Of a stretch of 64,000 nucleotides of DNA, positions 12,645 through 26,286 are shown piece after piece. The DNA is taken from contig NC_090398.1 of the NCBI RefSeq assembly GCF_036365525.1, forward strand, positions 26,306,839 through 26,370,838, given 5' to 3'. A program made the position numbers and the translations under genes. The DNA comes from Heterodontus francisci (lineage: Eukaryota). Numbering within the stretch: position 1 is the first letter of the stretch; each line of letters starts with the position of its first letter. The notes under the pieces were generated by a model. That model saw only the letters and a list, made by a program, of their open reading frames with translations, was not told the DNA's origin and searched no databases.

Positions 12645-14396
12645 CTGTAAGAAAGAGGATAACGAGGGAAGTAATGGGGGCACTCAGATAAATCTCACAG
12701 CATATTATGGGAAAATTGGCACAAGTGTTGCTACTCAGGATTATGCGCATGGATTATTTAAAAATATATTAATTACATGGCAAAGGCAGAAAATTTAAAA
12801 TAAAACTTTGACCATTCAACATAGAGTGACTGACATTCCTCCCTATTTCTAGCATACTTCAGCTAGGCGTTTTAAGTATTAAACAGAACAAGCTATACCG
12901 TAGCAAGCTGGCTATAGCGAAGAAAATAAAAGTATGGATTAAAGGGCTCAGATTGTGCAAAGGTGGGAAGGTCACCACAAGTTTCGATGACGAATCACTC
13001 TTTTGCACCATTGAGATACAATTTAAAAATATTCAAAAGCCACCCAAATTGAGAGTATGATTGCAAGGGAGGAGTAATGTGCCAAAATGAAGGATGACAA
13101 TGAAAACGTTTTGTATTAATGTGTAATTAGCAAATTGACCTCAGAATAGATACGGGAGAGGCATAAGCTTATGGTAGAAGAATAAAGAGACAACATATTC
13201 CTTGGAAAATTGGCATCTAAAATGAGGCAGAAGAATTGAGGGATCTTGGGTACTGCTGCAACGATTTCGTAAAGTAGCAACACAACCAAACCACCTGGAC
13301 TCATTTCTATATGGAAAGAATTAAAAGCAAAGCCGTTATGTTAAACCTCTACAGAACCTTCTTTGGACAACACTTTGAGTACTGTAAACAGCTCTGGTTG
13401 TTGTCCATATTAGAAAAACTACATACTGATACTGGAATAACTACAAAAATGATTTATAACAATTATACCATGAACTGAGGGGCTGTTTTCTCCAGAGAAA
13501 AGACTTAGCTTGTCTTTAGTTATTTTATTCAGTATTAGATGACTATAATTGATAGATGCATTTTGTTTGCATCTTACTTGCCTTTGCATAGTCACCCACC
13601 TCGTTTTATTTTCATACCACACCACTTTTTGACTTTAGGTGCATTGGTTTCTATACTTTCGTACATCAATGGCCCCTAGTTCCAGTCTTGCTTGTAAGTC
13701 AAAACATCTTTTCTACACTACATAATCACTCTCATCATCTTTAAAATAGACCTCTATCAGGTCATGCCTAAGTCTTAGCATTGCATTCAATTTCCCTATT
13801 TTCAAAGCCACATTTGCCATACGATGAAATTGATTCCCTCATCAATTTGTCCTGCTACCTTCGAAGAGTTCTAAGTCTTCACTATAAGTCCCTTTACTCT
13901 TGCACCCGCTCAACTAATACCATTTAGATTACAGTTTTCCTGCATGTTCTTCCACGCATTATCTGCATTACATTGCAAATGTAATATGAAAACCTATTTC
14001 GCCAGTCAATCTCCACCAGAAATCTGTTGCTGTACTCCTCACTATTTATGGGTCCGTGGAATTATTCACTTAAGGTAGGCAGGAACGAAGAGTACAAATC
14101 AGTAAAATGGACACTAGGCAATGCATTTTTGCAATGACTAACTAACTGTTGAAATGGCCAAGGAAATAGGCCCATTCTCCCTCAGGCGATGAATAAATAT
14201 TGAGTGCCAGATGCCCATGATCTACCAACAGAACAACGTATTAACAGCTGTCTGGACTGCTCATTTGCCATTGGCATCCATCAATTTAACCCGCGGGATC
14301 AGTGGGTCGGTAATGACAACATTCTCAGAATCTGTTGTATAAGCATTAATAGTGCGATAGTCATGAGCTGTTAGGCAACAGAACACACTGACTCAC

Positions 14397-14466
14397 CAGG
14401 AACACCAAAGGCTGCGAGAATTGGGTAGTAAATGTTCTTTATCTGTACAATTGTTGGCTGATCCAT
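14397..14466 (-). CDS. GPCR paralogue B coding exon 1 (MDQPTIVQIKNIYYPILAAFGVP)
   Basis: ATG at 14466, 70 nt, donor G|gtgagt at 14396. Intron is 1752 nt versus 1744 nt in paralogue A. Confidence 0.88.
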
Positions 14467-14541
14467 TCTTAGACGCATGTATGAATGCTATCTAGGTTTC
14501 TGCTTCGACTGCAGAGCTTCTGAAGCATTAATTACTTCCTA

Positions 14542-14547
14542 TTTATA
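14542..14547 (-). promoter_or_regulatory. TATA box of GPCR paralogue B
   Basis: TATAAA about 76 nt upstream of the ATG, same spacing as in paralogue A. Confidence 0.55.
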
Positions 14548-15194
14548 GAACGACCTTGTGACAATTGGGGGAAAAAGGTAAGAAACTGTAATTATAGTCT
14601 CTTGAGGAGTAGGCAGAAATTTACTGCACCATTGTGCCCAGGTTGCCAATCAGGAATTTGTACAGCTACGCTCATGGGTCATCGTCATCCCAATGACAGA
14701 CCTTCACTTTTGTTCTTCTTCCACCTCTCCCTTTTCACTTGATCAAAGCCTATTACATTTCTAAGCTTTGCCAGTTCTAATGAAAGGTCACAGACCTGCC
14801 AGATATGCTCTGTATTTCCACCACATTCTGGGTTTTTTTTTTCAGATTGGCAGCATCTGCAGTATTTTGGTATTAAACACAAAATATTGGTTAAGGGCAG
14901 TTACTGAGCCTGGCAATTTCTTGGATGTGGAATTCCACAGGAATCTTCACTGGTGCCACTATTGTTTAAGATTTAAATTGACAAATTTCCTTCGGGAATT
15001 TGAAGTACAATTGCTAAATTTTTGGACAAGGACAAATTGAAGGTATAGTTAATACAATGAAAAAATATAATTAAATACAAGAAGACATTGCAAAAATCTT
15101 GAAAAAGGGTGTGTAATCTAATCTGGTTAATGATGATTCTGTTATAACATTACTGCTGATGACTTGGTTCTACTTTTACTCGTGACTAACGGTG

Positions 15195-16063
15195 TTCATT
15201 GATGATTGTACGATGATTAGTACCATACACAACACCTCAGATAGTGAAGCAGTCCGTCTCCACATGCAGCAAACCTGCACAACATTCAGGCTTGTGCTAA
15301 TGAGTGGCAAGTAACATTCACCCCATGCAAGTGCAAGAAAATGACAATCTCCAACCAGGAGAATCTAACCATTCCCCCCTTGATATCCAATAGCATTATT
15401 ATCACTAAATCCCCCACTATCAACATCCTGGGGGCTTCCATTGACCATTGAACTGGTGCAGCCACATAAATAGTGTGGCTACAAGAGCAGGAAATTTTGT
15501 GGCGAGTAGCTCACCTCCTGACTCCCCAAATCCTGTCCACCATCTACAAGGCACAAGTCAGGAATATGTTGGAATACTCTTCACTCGCCGGGATGGGGGC
15601 AGTTCCAAAAAAACCCTCAGGAAGCTCGACATCAACCAGGACAAAGCCCGATGGATCAGCACCCCATTCATCACATTAAACATTCGCTCCCGCCATGCTG
15701 ATGCACAGTGGCAGCAGTGTATACCATATGTAAGATGAACAGCGGCAACTCACCACGCCTCTTTCAACAGCACCTTCCAAATCAGCAACCTCTTCCATCC
15801 AGTTGGACAAGAACAGCAGATGTAATGGAACAACAACACCTCCAATTGTCCCTCCAAGTCACACACCATCCTGACTTGGAAATATAGTGTTGTTCCTGCA
15901 CTGCCGCTGGATCAAAATCCTGGAACTTCCTCCCTCACAGCACTCAGGGTGCACCCACCTCAGATAGAGTGGTTCAAGAAGGCAGCTCACCACCACTTTC
16001 TCAATGGCAATTAGGGATTGGCAAAAAATGCTGGACTTGCCAGAGCCGCCCACATACCATGAA
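15195..16063 (+). mobile_element. Second LINE family 3' end
   Basis: RVAHLLTPQILSTIYKAQVRNMLEYS, followed by a 3' UTR ending ...ggcaattagggattggcaaaaaatgctggacttgccag. Confidence 0.75.
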
Positions 16064-16664
16064 AACCTTATAGAAAATATCAAACACAACTGTTGGAGAA
16101 CTTATTCTAAATTGCTGAAGGTGATATCACTCGAACATTACTGAATGAGCTCGTATTCTCACGTACTGGTATTAGCCTTAGTCTAACATTGCTAATGGAA
16201 CCCCACAATAACTTGACAACTGGTGAAATCACTGGAACATTCGATATGTTGGCTTGGCTTTTGCATTGCTGGTGGAGGCTCTACTCTAACATTGTTGAAG
16301 GTGACCAGAGCAGACCTTGCACGGGCCAGATCACTGGTTCTTCCCATTCTGTTACTTTTTTAACACCAGGTGAAATTATTTGACCAAAACGTGTTAAACC
16401 ATATGTACAGAAATGCAGAGTCCGTAATAACACGGGGGATCTGGAGGCAATCATGCGTTGTGAGGAATCAGACATCACTGGGAATACTGAGACATGGCTA
16501 AAGAAAGATCAGAGCTGTGAATTAAACATTGCAAGGTGTAAGATATTTAGAAAATGTCGAAAGGGAAAACGGAGTGGGGTTGCTGTACTTATTAAGGAGA
16601 ACATAATGGCAGTGGAAAAAAGGAACGCAACTATGGCCAAGACAAAAATAGAATCCATATTCGA

Positions 16665-17470
16665 ACATATGAATTAGGAGCAGAAGTAGGCCACTCGACC
16701 CCTCGAGCCAGCTCTGCCCTTCAATAATATCATGGCTGATTAAATTGCAGCTCAGACTCCAAATTCCCGCCTACCCCCAATAACCTTTCCCCCGCTTGCT
16801 TATCAAGAATCTATCTACCTCTGCCTTAAAGATATTCAAAAACTTTGCTTCCACCCGCCTTTTGAGGATGAGAGTTCCAAAGACACTCTGTGAGAAAAAA
16901 CTTAATCATCTCTATCGTCAATGGACGACCACTTATTTTTAAACAGTGACCCCTAGTTCTGTATTCTCACACAAGAGGAAACATCCTTTCCACATCCACC
17001 ATGTCAAGACTCTTCACAATCTCATATCTTTCAATCAAGTCGCCTCTTACTCTTTTAAACTCCAGCTGAGACAAGCCTAGCCTGTCCAACCTTTCCTCAT
17101 AGGATAACTTGCCCATTCCAGGTATTAGTCCAGTAAACCGCTTCCAACCCATTCACATCCTTCCTTAAATAAGGAGACCAATAATGTATACAGTACCCCA
17201 GATGTGGTCTCACCAATGCCCTGTAAAACAGAAACATTTCCTCCCAACTTTTGTATTCAATTCCTCTCACAATAAATGATAACATTCAATTCGCTTTCCT
17301 AATTACTTGCTGTACCTGCATGCTAACCTTTTGCAATTCATGCACTAGGAGACACAGATTCCTCTTCATCACAGAGCTCTGCAATCTCTCACCGTGTAGA
17401 TATTATGCTTCTTTTTATTCTTCCTACCAAAATGGACAATTTCATATGTTCCCACATTGTACTCCATTTG
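16665..17470 (-). mobile_element. CR1-like LINE 3' end
   Basis: Minus-strand LYRALVRPHLGYC, LSYEERLDRLGL, RGDLIE; CR1 3' tail near 16670-16740. Confidence 0.8.
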
Positions 17471-17482
17471 CAACATCCTTGC

Positions 17483-18780
17483 CCCTTTTGTGTTCCTGTC
17501 CATTCTATATAGCCTCATTTGACAATCCCTCTAACATATCTTTTATCAAGGGTATAATTGTTCCTTTAATCAATATTGCCTACCCACCTCCTTACTTATT
17601 CCCCTCTCTATCTCGTCTGAATACCCTGTAGCAAGAATGTTCAGCTGCCATTTCTGAACCTCTCTAAGCTATTCAGTAAGAGCGAAAAATTATATTCCCG
17701 AGTAAAAATGTTTCCTCGGCTCATGTGCCTTATTCACTACTGTCCTTGAATTTAGGTATATAACATTTAGCGCAACTGGACCCCATTTTTTCTGTTTTAC
17801 AACTTTTGTTTGCTCTACCTTACAAACATTTGTTTTGCTAATTTTCTCCATTCCATTTCCTGCTCTGTTTTTCTTCCTTTTGAATCTTTTCTCAGCTTTC
17901 CATCATCCTGCCTAACTTGTTTCAACCTTTTATAAAAGCACAAGCAAACTTGTCAGCGGTTATATTGGTATTGGCCCTGTTGAGGTGCAACCTGTCTAAC
18001 CTGTAGAAATCACGTTCCCTAGAACTGGTACCAAAGACCCAGGAATCTAAAGCCCTCTCCTCTGCACTACCTCTCCAGCCACAGATTTATGTGTTCGATC
18101 CTATTTCTCTAATTATTAGCGGACGAAGACATCATGAAATCGAGAGCTGAAAGCTTGCTGTCAACACCCTCCACAATCTGCAATACCCACTCCATTAACT
18201 TGTTCACTTATCAATGCTGCCATGTATTGTCCTTCCCTAGAAGCCCTGAGACAACTGACCGGCTTGCGAGGGCACTTCAGACGGGCAGGTAATGGTCAAC
18301 CACGCTGGTTTTGAATTGGAGTGACGTACAGGCCTAGACCTGTTAAGGACTGGAGTAACATGAGGTCAAGACTGACATTCGTGAACCAGCGTGGTTTTTC
18401 CAATAATCCAACAACACCTTCGTGGTTAGTTTTACTGACGCCAGCTTTTGATTTTCTGGTTTGTTTTTGAGAAACTGAATTCAAATTCTGAAAATGCCCT
18501 GATGGGATTTTAACTTGCATTCTCAGGATTGTGAATCGTGGACACAGAGTTACGAATCCAGTGACATCGCCATTGCAATACCGTAGCAGATCAAATTGCC
18601 CGAATTATGACATTATTCATCAAACAAAAGAAATGGTCTTCTGTTCTTTCCAGAACCTATGATATTGCAAAGTTTTGAATTCTGTATGTGAAATCCTGAA
18701 ATAATTCTCGAAAGCGAGTTAAAGATTCGATGAGACATAGGGGGCAGTGGAAAACCTTGGAATTTGAATATAACTGGTCC
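17483..18780 (+). repeat. ~1.3-kb dispersed direct duplication, copy 1 (copy 2 at ~49250-50536)
   Basis: Collinear matches from ccccttttgtg..cctgtccatt..atatagcctcatttgacaatccctctaacatatc to cagtggaaaaccttgga.tttg..tat..aactggtc. Confidence 0.85.
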
Positions 18781-20229
18781 AATATGGATCCAGAGTTATG
18801 TAATCGACCTGCGGGCAATCCACCTTTTAAAAAGTCGAGTAATTTGTGAGAAGATAATGGTGGAGTTAGAGGAATTAGCATCCCCAACATAACACAATAA
18901 TGGCGTGTTCGTTTTGTGCTTCAGTTTTGCCAGCACAGGGACAATGGGCAGAACAGCTCACTTGTGTCTTGCGGCAATTTATTATACCGCTTATCTTGGA
19001 AATAAGTGCGATGGTATAACCTGGATATTTTTGCCAAATAATTGGATGACTGCTCGAGAGAGAGAAAATGCCCATTATCTTGGTGCCTGTTCTCGCTTTC
19101 ACTCTCTACATCCACAATGTGCAGCTTCTGAAACCACTGGCTGTGGTTCTGTTGCTATTGACAATGTGCACTGTCGGTTGCAAAGCACATGTATGACCCA
19201 GTTAATGTCATGTGGACGTGCACATCTTGTTCATATATTGTGGTTTGGCAGTACAACCAAGATGCGGTATTTCTTAATTTTTAAAAAAACGGAGTGAAGA
19301 TGAGAACAGGAAACAAGTAAATGAACATTTTCTCTCTCTTGCACGTACTTGGTAAGAAAAATGATTATTTTACAGCATCTAACTCACGGGGATGCTCAAC
19401 ATTATTTCCCCAGATTAAATTTGTCACATTTTCTTAGAAAAGTAAACGCCAACACAAGCATAGAAAATGTTATAAAGGCTCAGCAGGTCTGGCAGTATCT
19501 GTGGAGAGCGACACAGAGTTACCATTTCAGATCGATGACCTTTCATCAGAAATATTTTGCTTTTGCAAAAAACTCAGAGGTGGGTATGGTGTCAGTATGA
19601 GAGTACTGACCCACCCGAACTGTGACATTGTTTACATACAGTGTACTGAGCCGATCAGGTGCAGATTGGCCGGAGGTTTCAGTGATGGAAAAGGGAGCGG
19701 TTGTTCTGCCACATCTTTCTGTAATAAATAAACCAAAAGTAATAACCACGCCATCGTGCAGTTGAAATTGCAGGCATAAGGAGAAGGAATTGTTGGAAGG
19801 ACGATGCGCTCATTCGTGTAGAAGTCAGTTTCCCAACTTTAGAGCAGGGGCCAAATTCTTCCCTTCAAATGTTTAACCCATGGGTCAACTAATCTTGTGT
19901 GGAATATCACCAGGCCACTTGCAGGGAGCAAAATTCGCTGTGAGAGAGAAGGTAAATCAGGTAGTATCTTGACTTCAATAGAATTGAACATCAAGCGTTT
20001 CCTGTAACATTTCACGAATGTGACTCGGCCTGTTTTACCTCCCTTGTTCAAATTTACGTCGAAGTCTGATGAGTCTAAATGTACTTACCAGACTTATATC
20101 ACAGTTCTCTATTGCTGCGATGTTTCTTTCAAATATAGAATATTCTCCTCTGAGCTGAATTAACTAAGATAGCTCGAGACAGAATAAAGAGTTTGGACTC
20201 AAGTTCTGAAACGCTAGTGGTCAAACACC

Positions 20230-20430
20230 TCTATAGACGTCATTACATTAAAACCGATCAGTTGACCTAGTGAGTCTGCCTCGCTACCTCAGTGAACAGG
20301 ACACAAAGCGTCCCCGAATCGAACCAATCACTTATTTCTATTTCCCCCGCCCCCACCAGGCTTTCGCAGGTTTGTCCAGGTCTAAACCATGACGCAGATT
20401 ATCAATCCGTGAACTATGATCACGGGTAAG
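20230..20430 (+). promoter_or_regulatory. Candidate promoter and non-coding first exon of the MS4A-like gene
   Basis: CRE-like gacgtca 20236-20242, CCAAT 20324, GC box ccccgccccc 20345-20354, tgacgca 20390, donor-like cgg|gtaag at 20426. The ATG exon is preceded by an acceptor-like site (ttcttcag, ~23572), which suggests an upstream exon. Confidence 0.3.
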
Positions 20431-23400
20431 GTATGAAGACTCCATATTGTACATCCAATTTGATTTATCTTTTGTTGTGAACAACGGGGCAATTTTCATA
20501 TTGGACACTGGTGTACACCGATCACTTTGGAACTAAAACTCCATTCCACCCTCGGCCCAATTTTCCCCTCCGCCGAAAAGATCATCCGCTGTGTGAGTAT
20601 CACAGCCTATTTGATATTGCCGGCTTCACCGTACTGTTCAAAAATTAAAAGTATATACAAATGTGATAAGTGTCATAAATATTGCAGAATTTTCTCTGTT
20701 GGACATGTACAGCCTGAAAGTTTCGGTGAAGTTCATGTTCTAAAATGTAAGCCAAAGATTGCCTTTGTGTACTGATAAAACATTTCTGTGTTGACATTTC
20801 TGCACATGAATTCCAAGCTGGCATTGAATGCTCCAGCATCGTTTAAATAACAAATGTAGGCGCAAGGTTTCAAACATAGTAAATTCGTTCAAAGTGTAGT
20901 CTCAGTAATTTCCTCGGTTGGAGGTTAAAAGCCAACAAAGTCTCTTCTTTTCGACTGGCCCTTTTTTTGTGTGTTTTAGCTTGTCTGTGTGTGTATTTCC
21001 ATATTTGGTTGTGTGATGATTGTTCTCTGTCAGGTTAGAAGTAAATTAAACGGCATGTTTAATACATCATTTCATTTTGAAAATTAAACAAAAGTGGTGT
21101 TCTGTGCGACGATCTGTTTTCGTTTAGCAAGCAGAGGGAACTCATCCCACCAGGTTATTGTTAATGATTGATTATTGTAATTGTGTTCAACATAATGCAA
21201 AATTAGAACAATGTCGTCACTTGTTTCTCTTCAACCGAAATAAGTCTATAATTTCCACAATGATGCACTTGTATTTTATTTCAATGACCAAAGTAACATT
21301 AAATCCCGTTCTAAAATATATGATATTATGATTATGTCCAATGGGATGTAACTTAAGTAGGACGCTTTTCATTAGGTTCTTTCTGAACATAAAGTTACAT
21401 CGGCCCCATCCATATCAAGACTGGGGAAGTATATTCCCTTCAGAGGTTTCATCCTGTCCGGTCGAATGAAATATTATATTAAAATTCTCAACAAATGGAA
21501 TGTGAAATCGAACCTTGTAAAATGACCTTAAACTATCACATTCATAACTTCAATCGAAATTAAAATGAATGAGAACAATGTAATTGTAGATTCGGTGGCA
21601 GCTTCCTTAAAATGTCACAAATTGCAATCATTAGACTGTAGAATCAAAAATTGCTTTACTATTAAGCGAACATTTTGCATATTAATAACGGTGAAACCGT
21701 CTTCTTATTGACCGAGGGGTCAATGTCAATCTTTAATTGCAACAAGGTCACTTCAGGGAACATGCACCTACGGTCATCAGTCCCGAAAATTAACGAATAC
21801 GCCCGGAGTTGGGTGACTCCAGTGAGACAGGGAGGATCTCAAACTCATTCAACAACAAGAGTAACCAGCCCAGGGTTTCAGATGGGAGGGCGTAAAAGCC
21901 TGGGTGTAAATGAAATCGTTTGTGTTATAAAAACAAGAAATGCTGCAAATACTCAGCAAAGTCTGGCAGCGTCTGTGGAGAGAGAAGCAGAGTTAACGTT
22001 TCAGGTCAGTGACCCCTTCTTTGTGTTATTGTTTTATTCTTTATAAACCAGATAAAAATTTAACTTTCAAGAAGCTTCGACTAAAATTGTTCCAGCCGTT
22101 ATATGTACGGCCATCAATAATTAAGCAATGGATTTTAGTTCCTGTCGTTATTTCTAGCGGAATAGTCAGATCATATGTCTACTTATTGTTTCCCCGACAG
22201 ACATTATCGGAAATTAGTTACTATGGCGACCTGGGGCTGGGCTCTCTTCTCTCACTCGCTTTTCGAAGCATGAGTGCAAGCCCTTTATCTTGTCTCCGGA
22301 CATTGTGGGCAGTTCAGTTTATCTCGGAGGAGAACAACTGATATTTGAAAGAAAGAATGCGGAATACTGATCTGGAATGTGAGTCCAGCTTCGATAAGGT
22401 TCCGCTTGATTCTAGAAGGCGATAGATACTGCGTTTGTCTTTGTAATATTCAAATGTATTTTATCGGAAGTTTCAAAAGGTTCAAGCAAAGAGAGCACTG
22501 AAAATACGTCTTGAGAGAAATTGTTATGTTTGAAACCTTGTTACCTACATTCAGTATAAAGGCAGTTGTGAAGTATTTAATCGCGGGCTATACTTTTCGT
22601 GCCTAAATATTAGCACAGAGTTTTTTTTTTATTCATACACAAGAGCTACCATTCTATGCGTTTCTATTTCTGTATCTGGCTGTTAGATGATTGCTGTTTG
22701 TCGTGACAGAAGTAAATTAAACTGCATGCCTGTTGTAATGTTCCATTTTGAAATTCGAATATAATTTTCCCGGAAACCTGTGCCTGTTCGACGAAAAGGA
22801 AGCGCTTTACCCGTCAGCTTTCTAAAAACTGATAATTGAATTTGCAGGAAGTAATGTAGCATTAGAACAATATATTAGCTTGTATATTTCTAACTGAAAT
22901 AATTGCCACTGCTTGCAATTACGAGTCTTGTTACTTCAAGAAACAGTGTAACGTCACACATCCATTACAGTAACACATCATTAAAATTGTATTATTGTTT
23001 TATAATTATTGGTGTTATTACCATAATTATTATTATTAAAACATATTCAACTTGAGTGGAAATATCTGCACGAGGCTGTATTGGTAGAATAGTCTAGACT
23101 GTCGTGGAAACTTTATTTAGGCTCGATAATCATAGCAAAAACATAATTTGGAAAAAAAAGGCGCTAGTGATATCAGGATGAATGGCAGGCAGATATAAAA
23201 ACAACTTCAATTAAAGATGAATAATATTGATATCGATTGGGATCAAATCCATTCTTCAGAATGGGGAAGGAAATTTCCGTCCCAGGATTAGTTTATTTGG
23301 GTTTATTGCACTGAAATATTAAAATCCTCAACAGGTGATTCGTGAGCACGAGATTTTAAGAAAATATCTTTATGTACATTGCATAAAAGTGTCAGATTCA

Positions 23401-23586
23401 CAGCAATCTGAAATAATTGATTCAGAATACATTTCTGTATTCTCTTGTAATTTTGCAAATTGCCGTTATTTGGCTAGAATATCACAACGCATATTTTTAA
23501 TCGCTTTAATTGAAATGTTGGCATGTTAAAATCTGTGGAAATATCTTCTTATTTGCTGAGTATATTCTTCAGTCTTCATTTAAAAC

Positions 23587-23739
23587 ATGGCTACTTCACT
23601 GAGCACCGAAGGCACCGCCATGATTCACCATCTAAACCCACAATCCGGTGTAAGGAACGACCCAGTCAGGCACGGAGGCTCCCAGATTCAGTCACCAGAG
23701 AAAGGAGGAATTCAGATGGGAATACCGAAATCCAAGGGT
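23587..23739 (+). CDS. MS4A/CD20-like tetraspan protein, coding exon 1 (51 aa cytoplasmic N-terminus)
   Basis: aaacATGG start. Ends ...MGIPKSKG|gtaag in phase 0, equivalent to the MS4A motif GEPKxLG|xxQI. Confidence 0.75.
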
Positions 23740-24347
23740 GTAAGATTAAATCATTTTTTGTCATGTTTTTCGTTCTCAGATAGATCACAATTTCAACAGA
23801 GCATGTTATAATTTCAAGATGCCTTGAGAACTGCTCTGTGTAGAACACCACTAAATAGACGATGGAGATGAGTTCCTTTCGCTATTCTTAGCGGAATGCT
23901 AAGACCACGTCGAGAATTCCACTCTATATACTAATCCGTAAATATGTTCATGCATGAAGTTATGCGTTAAGTATTTTTTTCAAGTCAGCCTCGGGATGTG
24001 TGCGTCGCGGATAAGGTCGATATTTAATGTTTATCACCAGTTCCTCTTGAGATCATGGAGGTGGGCCTTCGTCTTGAATCACAGCGGTCATTATTGCAAT
24101 GATGCTCCCACAATGCTACTATTTTGGGGGTTCGAGGATTTGGAGCCACCGAGGATGAACGTACCGTGACATATTTCCAAAGTCATGATCTTGTCTGATT
24201 TAGAGGGGCACTTGGAGGTGGCCACGTTCCCACGAACTTGCTCTCTTCTTAGGTGGTAGAGGTCGCAGGTGGTGCTTCCCAAGCAACCTCGGAGAGTTGT
24301 TGCCTTTATTCCTGCAGCCACGGTGCGCCGGTCTTGGAGAGCATTGG

Positions 24348-24677
24348 TGGGCAGCACAGTGGCGCAGTGATTAGCACCACAGCCTCACAGCTCCAACGAC
24401 CCGGGTTCAGTGCTGAGTACTGCCTGTGTGGAGTTTGCAATTTCTCCCTGTGAACCGCGTGGGTTTTCGTCAGTTTCCTCCCACAGCCTCAAAGGCTTGC
24501 AAAAATTGGTAGGTAAATTGACCATTATGAATTGCTCCCAGTCTAGGTAGGTGGTGGGGGAATATAGACATGGTGGGGTTGTGGTAGGAATGTAGGAATA
24601 GTATGAATGGGTGGTTGTTGGTCGGCGCAGACTCGGTGGACCGACGGGCCTGTTTCAGTGCTGTATCTCGAAATAAA
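24348..24677 (+). mobile_element. Near full-length HE1/V-SINE-type tRNA-derived SINE in MS4A intron
   Basis: A-box tggcgcagtgattag, B-box ggttcagtgc, V-domain-like ctgtgtggagtttgca...ttcctcccaca, and CR1-type tail gggcctgtttcagtgctgtatctc. Confidence 0.85.
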
Positions 24678-24841
24678 TCGATTGTTTATGGTGCTGATTC
24701 TTAGATGTTCCTGTTAATGATCTAATCACGAATATTTTATTTGTTTTGGTTCCGATCTCTCCCCCAACCCCCGACTCTCTCACTGTTACGTTTAATTTGA
24801 TTTTATACACTTTAATTTCGTTGCTATTTGTTCTCTTTTAG

Positions 24842-24952
24842 GTCGCTCAGATTGTGTCAGGAGTGCTTTTTATCCTCTTTTGGACGCCATTAATTCTGAG
24901 TCCTTATTCTATAACAAGACAATACAGAATACACTGGTGGAGCGGTCTGTCG
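24842..24952 (+). CDS. MS4A-like coding exon 2 (TM1; VAQIVSGVLFILFWTPLILSPYSITRQYRIHWWSGLS)
   Basis: Acceptor ttctcttttag|, donor |gtgagt, 111 nt, phase 0/0. QIxxG and WxG are MS4A motifs. Confidence 0.85.
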
Positions 24953-26229
24953 GTGAGTTTATGTTCATTGTTAGTTGTAGAAAATGTTAGAAGGAAATTG
25001 ACAGTTAGAATTGAACAGATTAGGGCCGAATATTTTTAGCCATTGTATGTTCGGCAGCATCACCTTTCTTTTCAGCTCTGTTCCTCTGGAAATTTACCTT
25101 CGTGTTTCTTTTGCCATTTTTGTAGCTTTTGTCCCCGATAACTATTTTTAATGACTTGTGAATATGTGCCCCACCCCTCAAGATCCATTTGTTCCTCTAT
25201 CCCATTTAAACGATGTTCCAATGAGGACATGACCTGATTTTTTAAATTACTTCCTTCATGTGATGTGGGCATTGCTGGCGAGGCCAGAATTTATCGCCCA
25301 TACCTCATTGCCCTTGGGAAGGTGGAGGTGAGTCGCCTTCTTGAACTGCTGCAGTCTATGTTTTGTTAGGAAGGGAGTTCCAGGACCCAGCGACATTGAA
25401 GGAACAGTGATATAGTTCCAATTCAGGCTGGTGTGTGGCTTGGACGGGAACATGCAAGTGGTGTTGTTCCCATGCATCAGCTGCCCTTGTCTTTACAGGT
25501 GGTTATTGGTCACGGATTTGGCAGCTGCTGTGAAAGGAAGCCTCCACCGAACAAAATGTACCACCCCACACTTGTTTGTGTTGAAAATAATTTACAATGC
25601 CAATCTTAACGTTTAATAATGCTGTCCTATATTTTGTCGCAGTCTTCTTCAGTATTCATTAAAACGCCCAAATTTGAATTCATCCACAAACTTTGGAATT
25701 GTGTTTCCGATTCCTGAGTACAAATTGTTCCTCAGTGCATTTTGTTCCCTGCCACTAGTTTTACATGATTTATTTACATGGAACCTTAATCTCTCTGTTC
25801 CTCCATTGTCACTGGCTTCCCACCAATTAGAAAACACTCTGATATATCACTTTAGATCCAAAAGGAATTACCTCACAATTTCCAAACAATCAATTGAATT
25901 TGCCACTGTTCATCTGCACATTAACGCTGCTTTATTACTATGTTAAAGGCGCTCTATAAATGCAATCAGCTGTTGTTTGCAACTTTCTGCTGCCCTCTAC
26001 ATTACTTACTGACCCCGCTAACTTAGTGTCTTCAGACATTTGGCCCTCTATTGCTTCATCTAACTCATTGAAACGCATAGTAAAAAGCTGATACAGATCC
26101 CTCGGAGACAACACCGGAAAAAGTCTGCAAATAATCATCCAAAGTATTATGATCCATTGATTAAGATAGTTGTAATAAATATAAACAGGCTTTATCCTGT
26201 GAAATTAATATTCAAATTTTTGGTTCCAG

Positions 26230-26286
26230 TTTATAATTTCAGGGAGCCTGTGGTGCGTTCTGGGAACGGTGTCAAGTACACGCCTT
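26230..26286 (+). CDS. MS4A-like coding exon 3 (TM2; FIISGSLWCVLGTVSSTRL)
   Basis: ttccag| ... |gtgagt, 57 nt. FIISGSL is a hallmark MS4A/CD20-family motif on a characteristically short exon. Confidence 0.9.

Noticed and set aside
12645-12750. ORF-track N-terminus of the 358-aa GPCR
   Set aside because: Intron read-through; the real exon 1 is 14397-14466.
18880-19300. Hydrophobic short frames (…LAVVLLLLTMCTVGCKA) as a second MS4A remnant
   Set aside because: Only a GCK-like ending matches; no FIISGSL or other diagnostic motif and no consistent splice sites.
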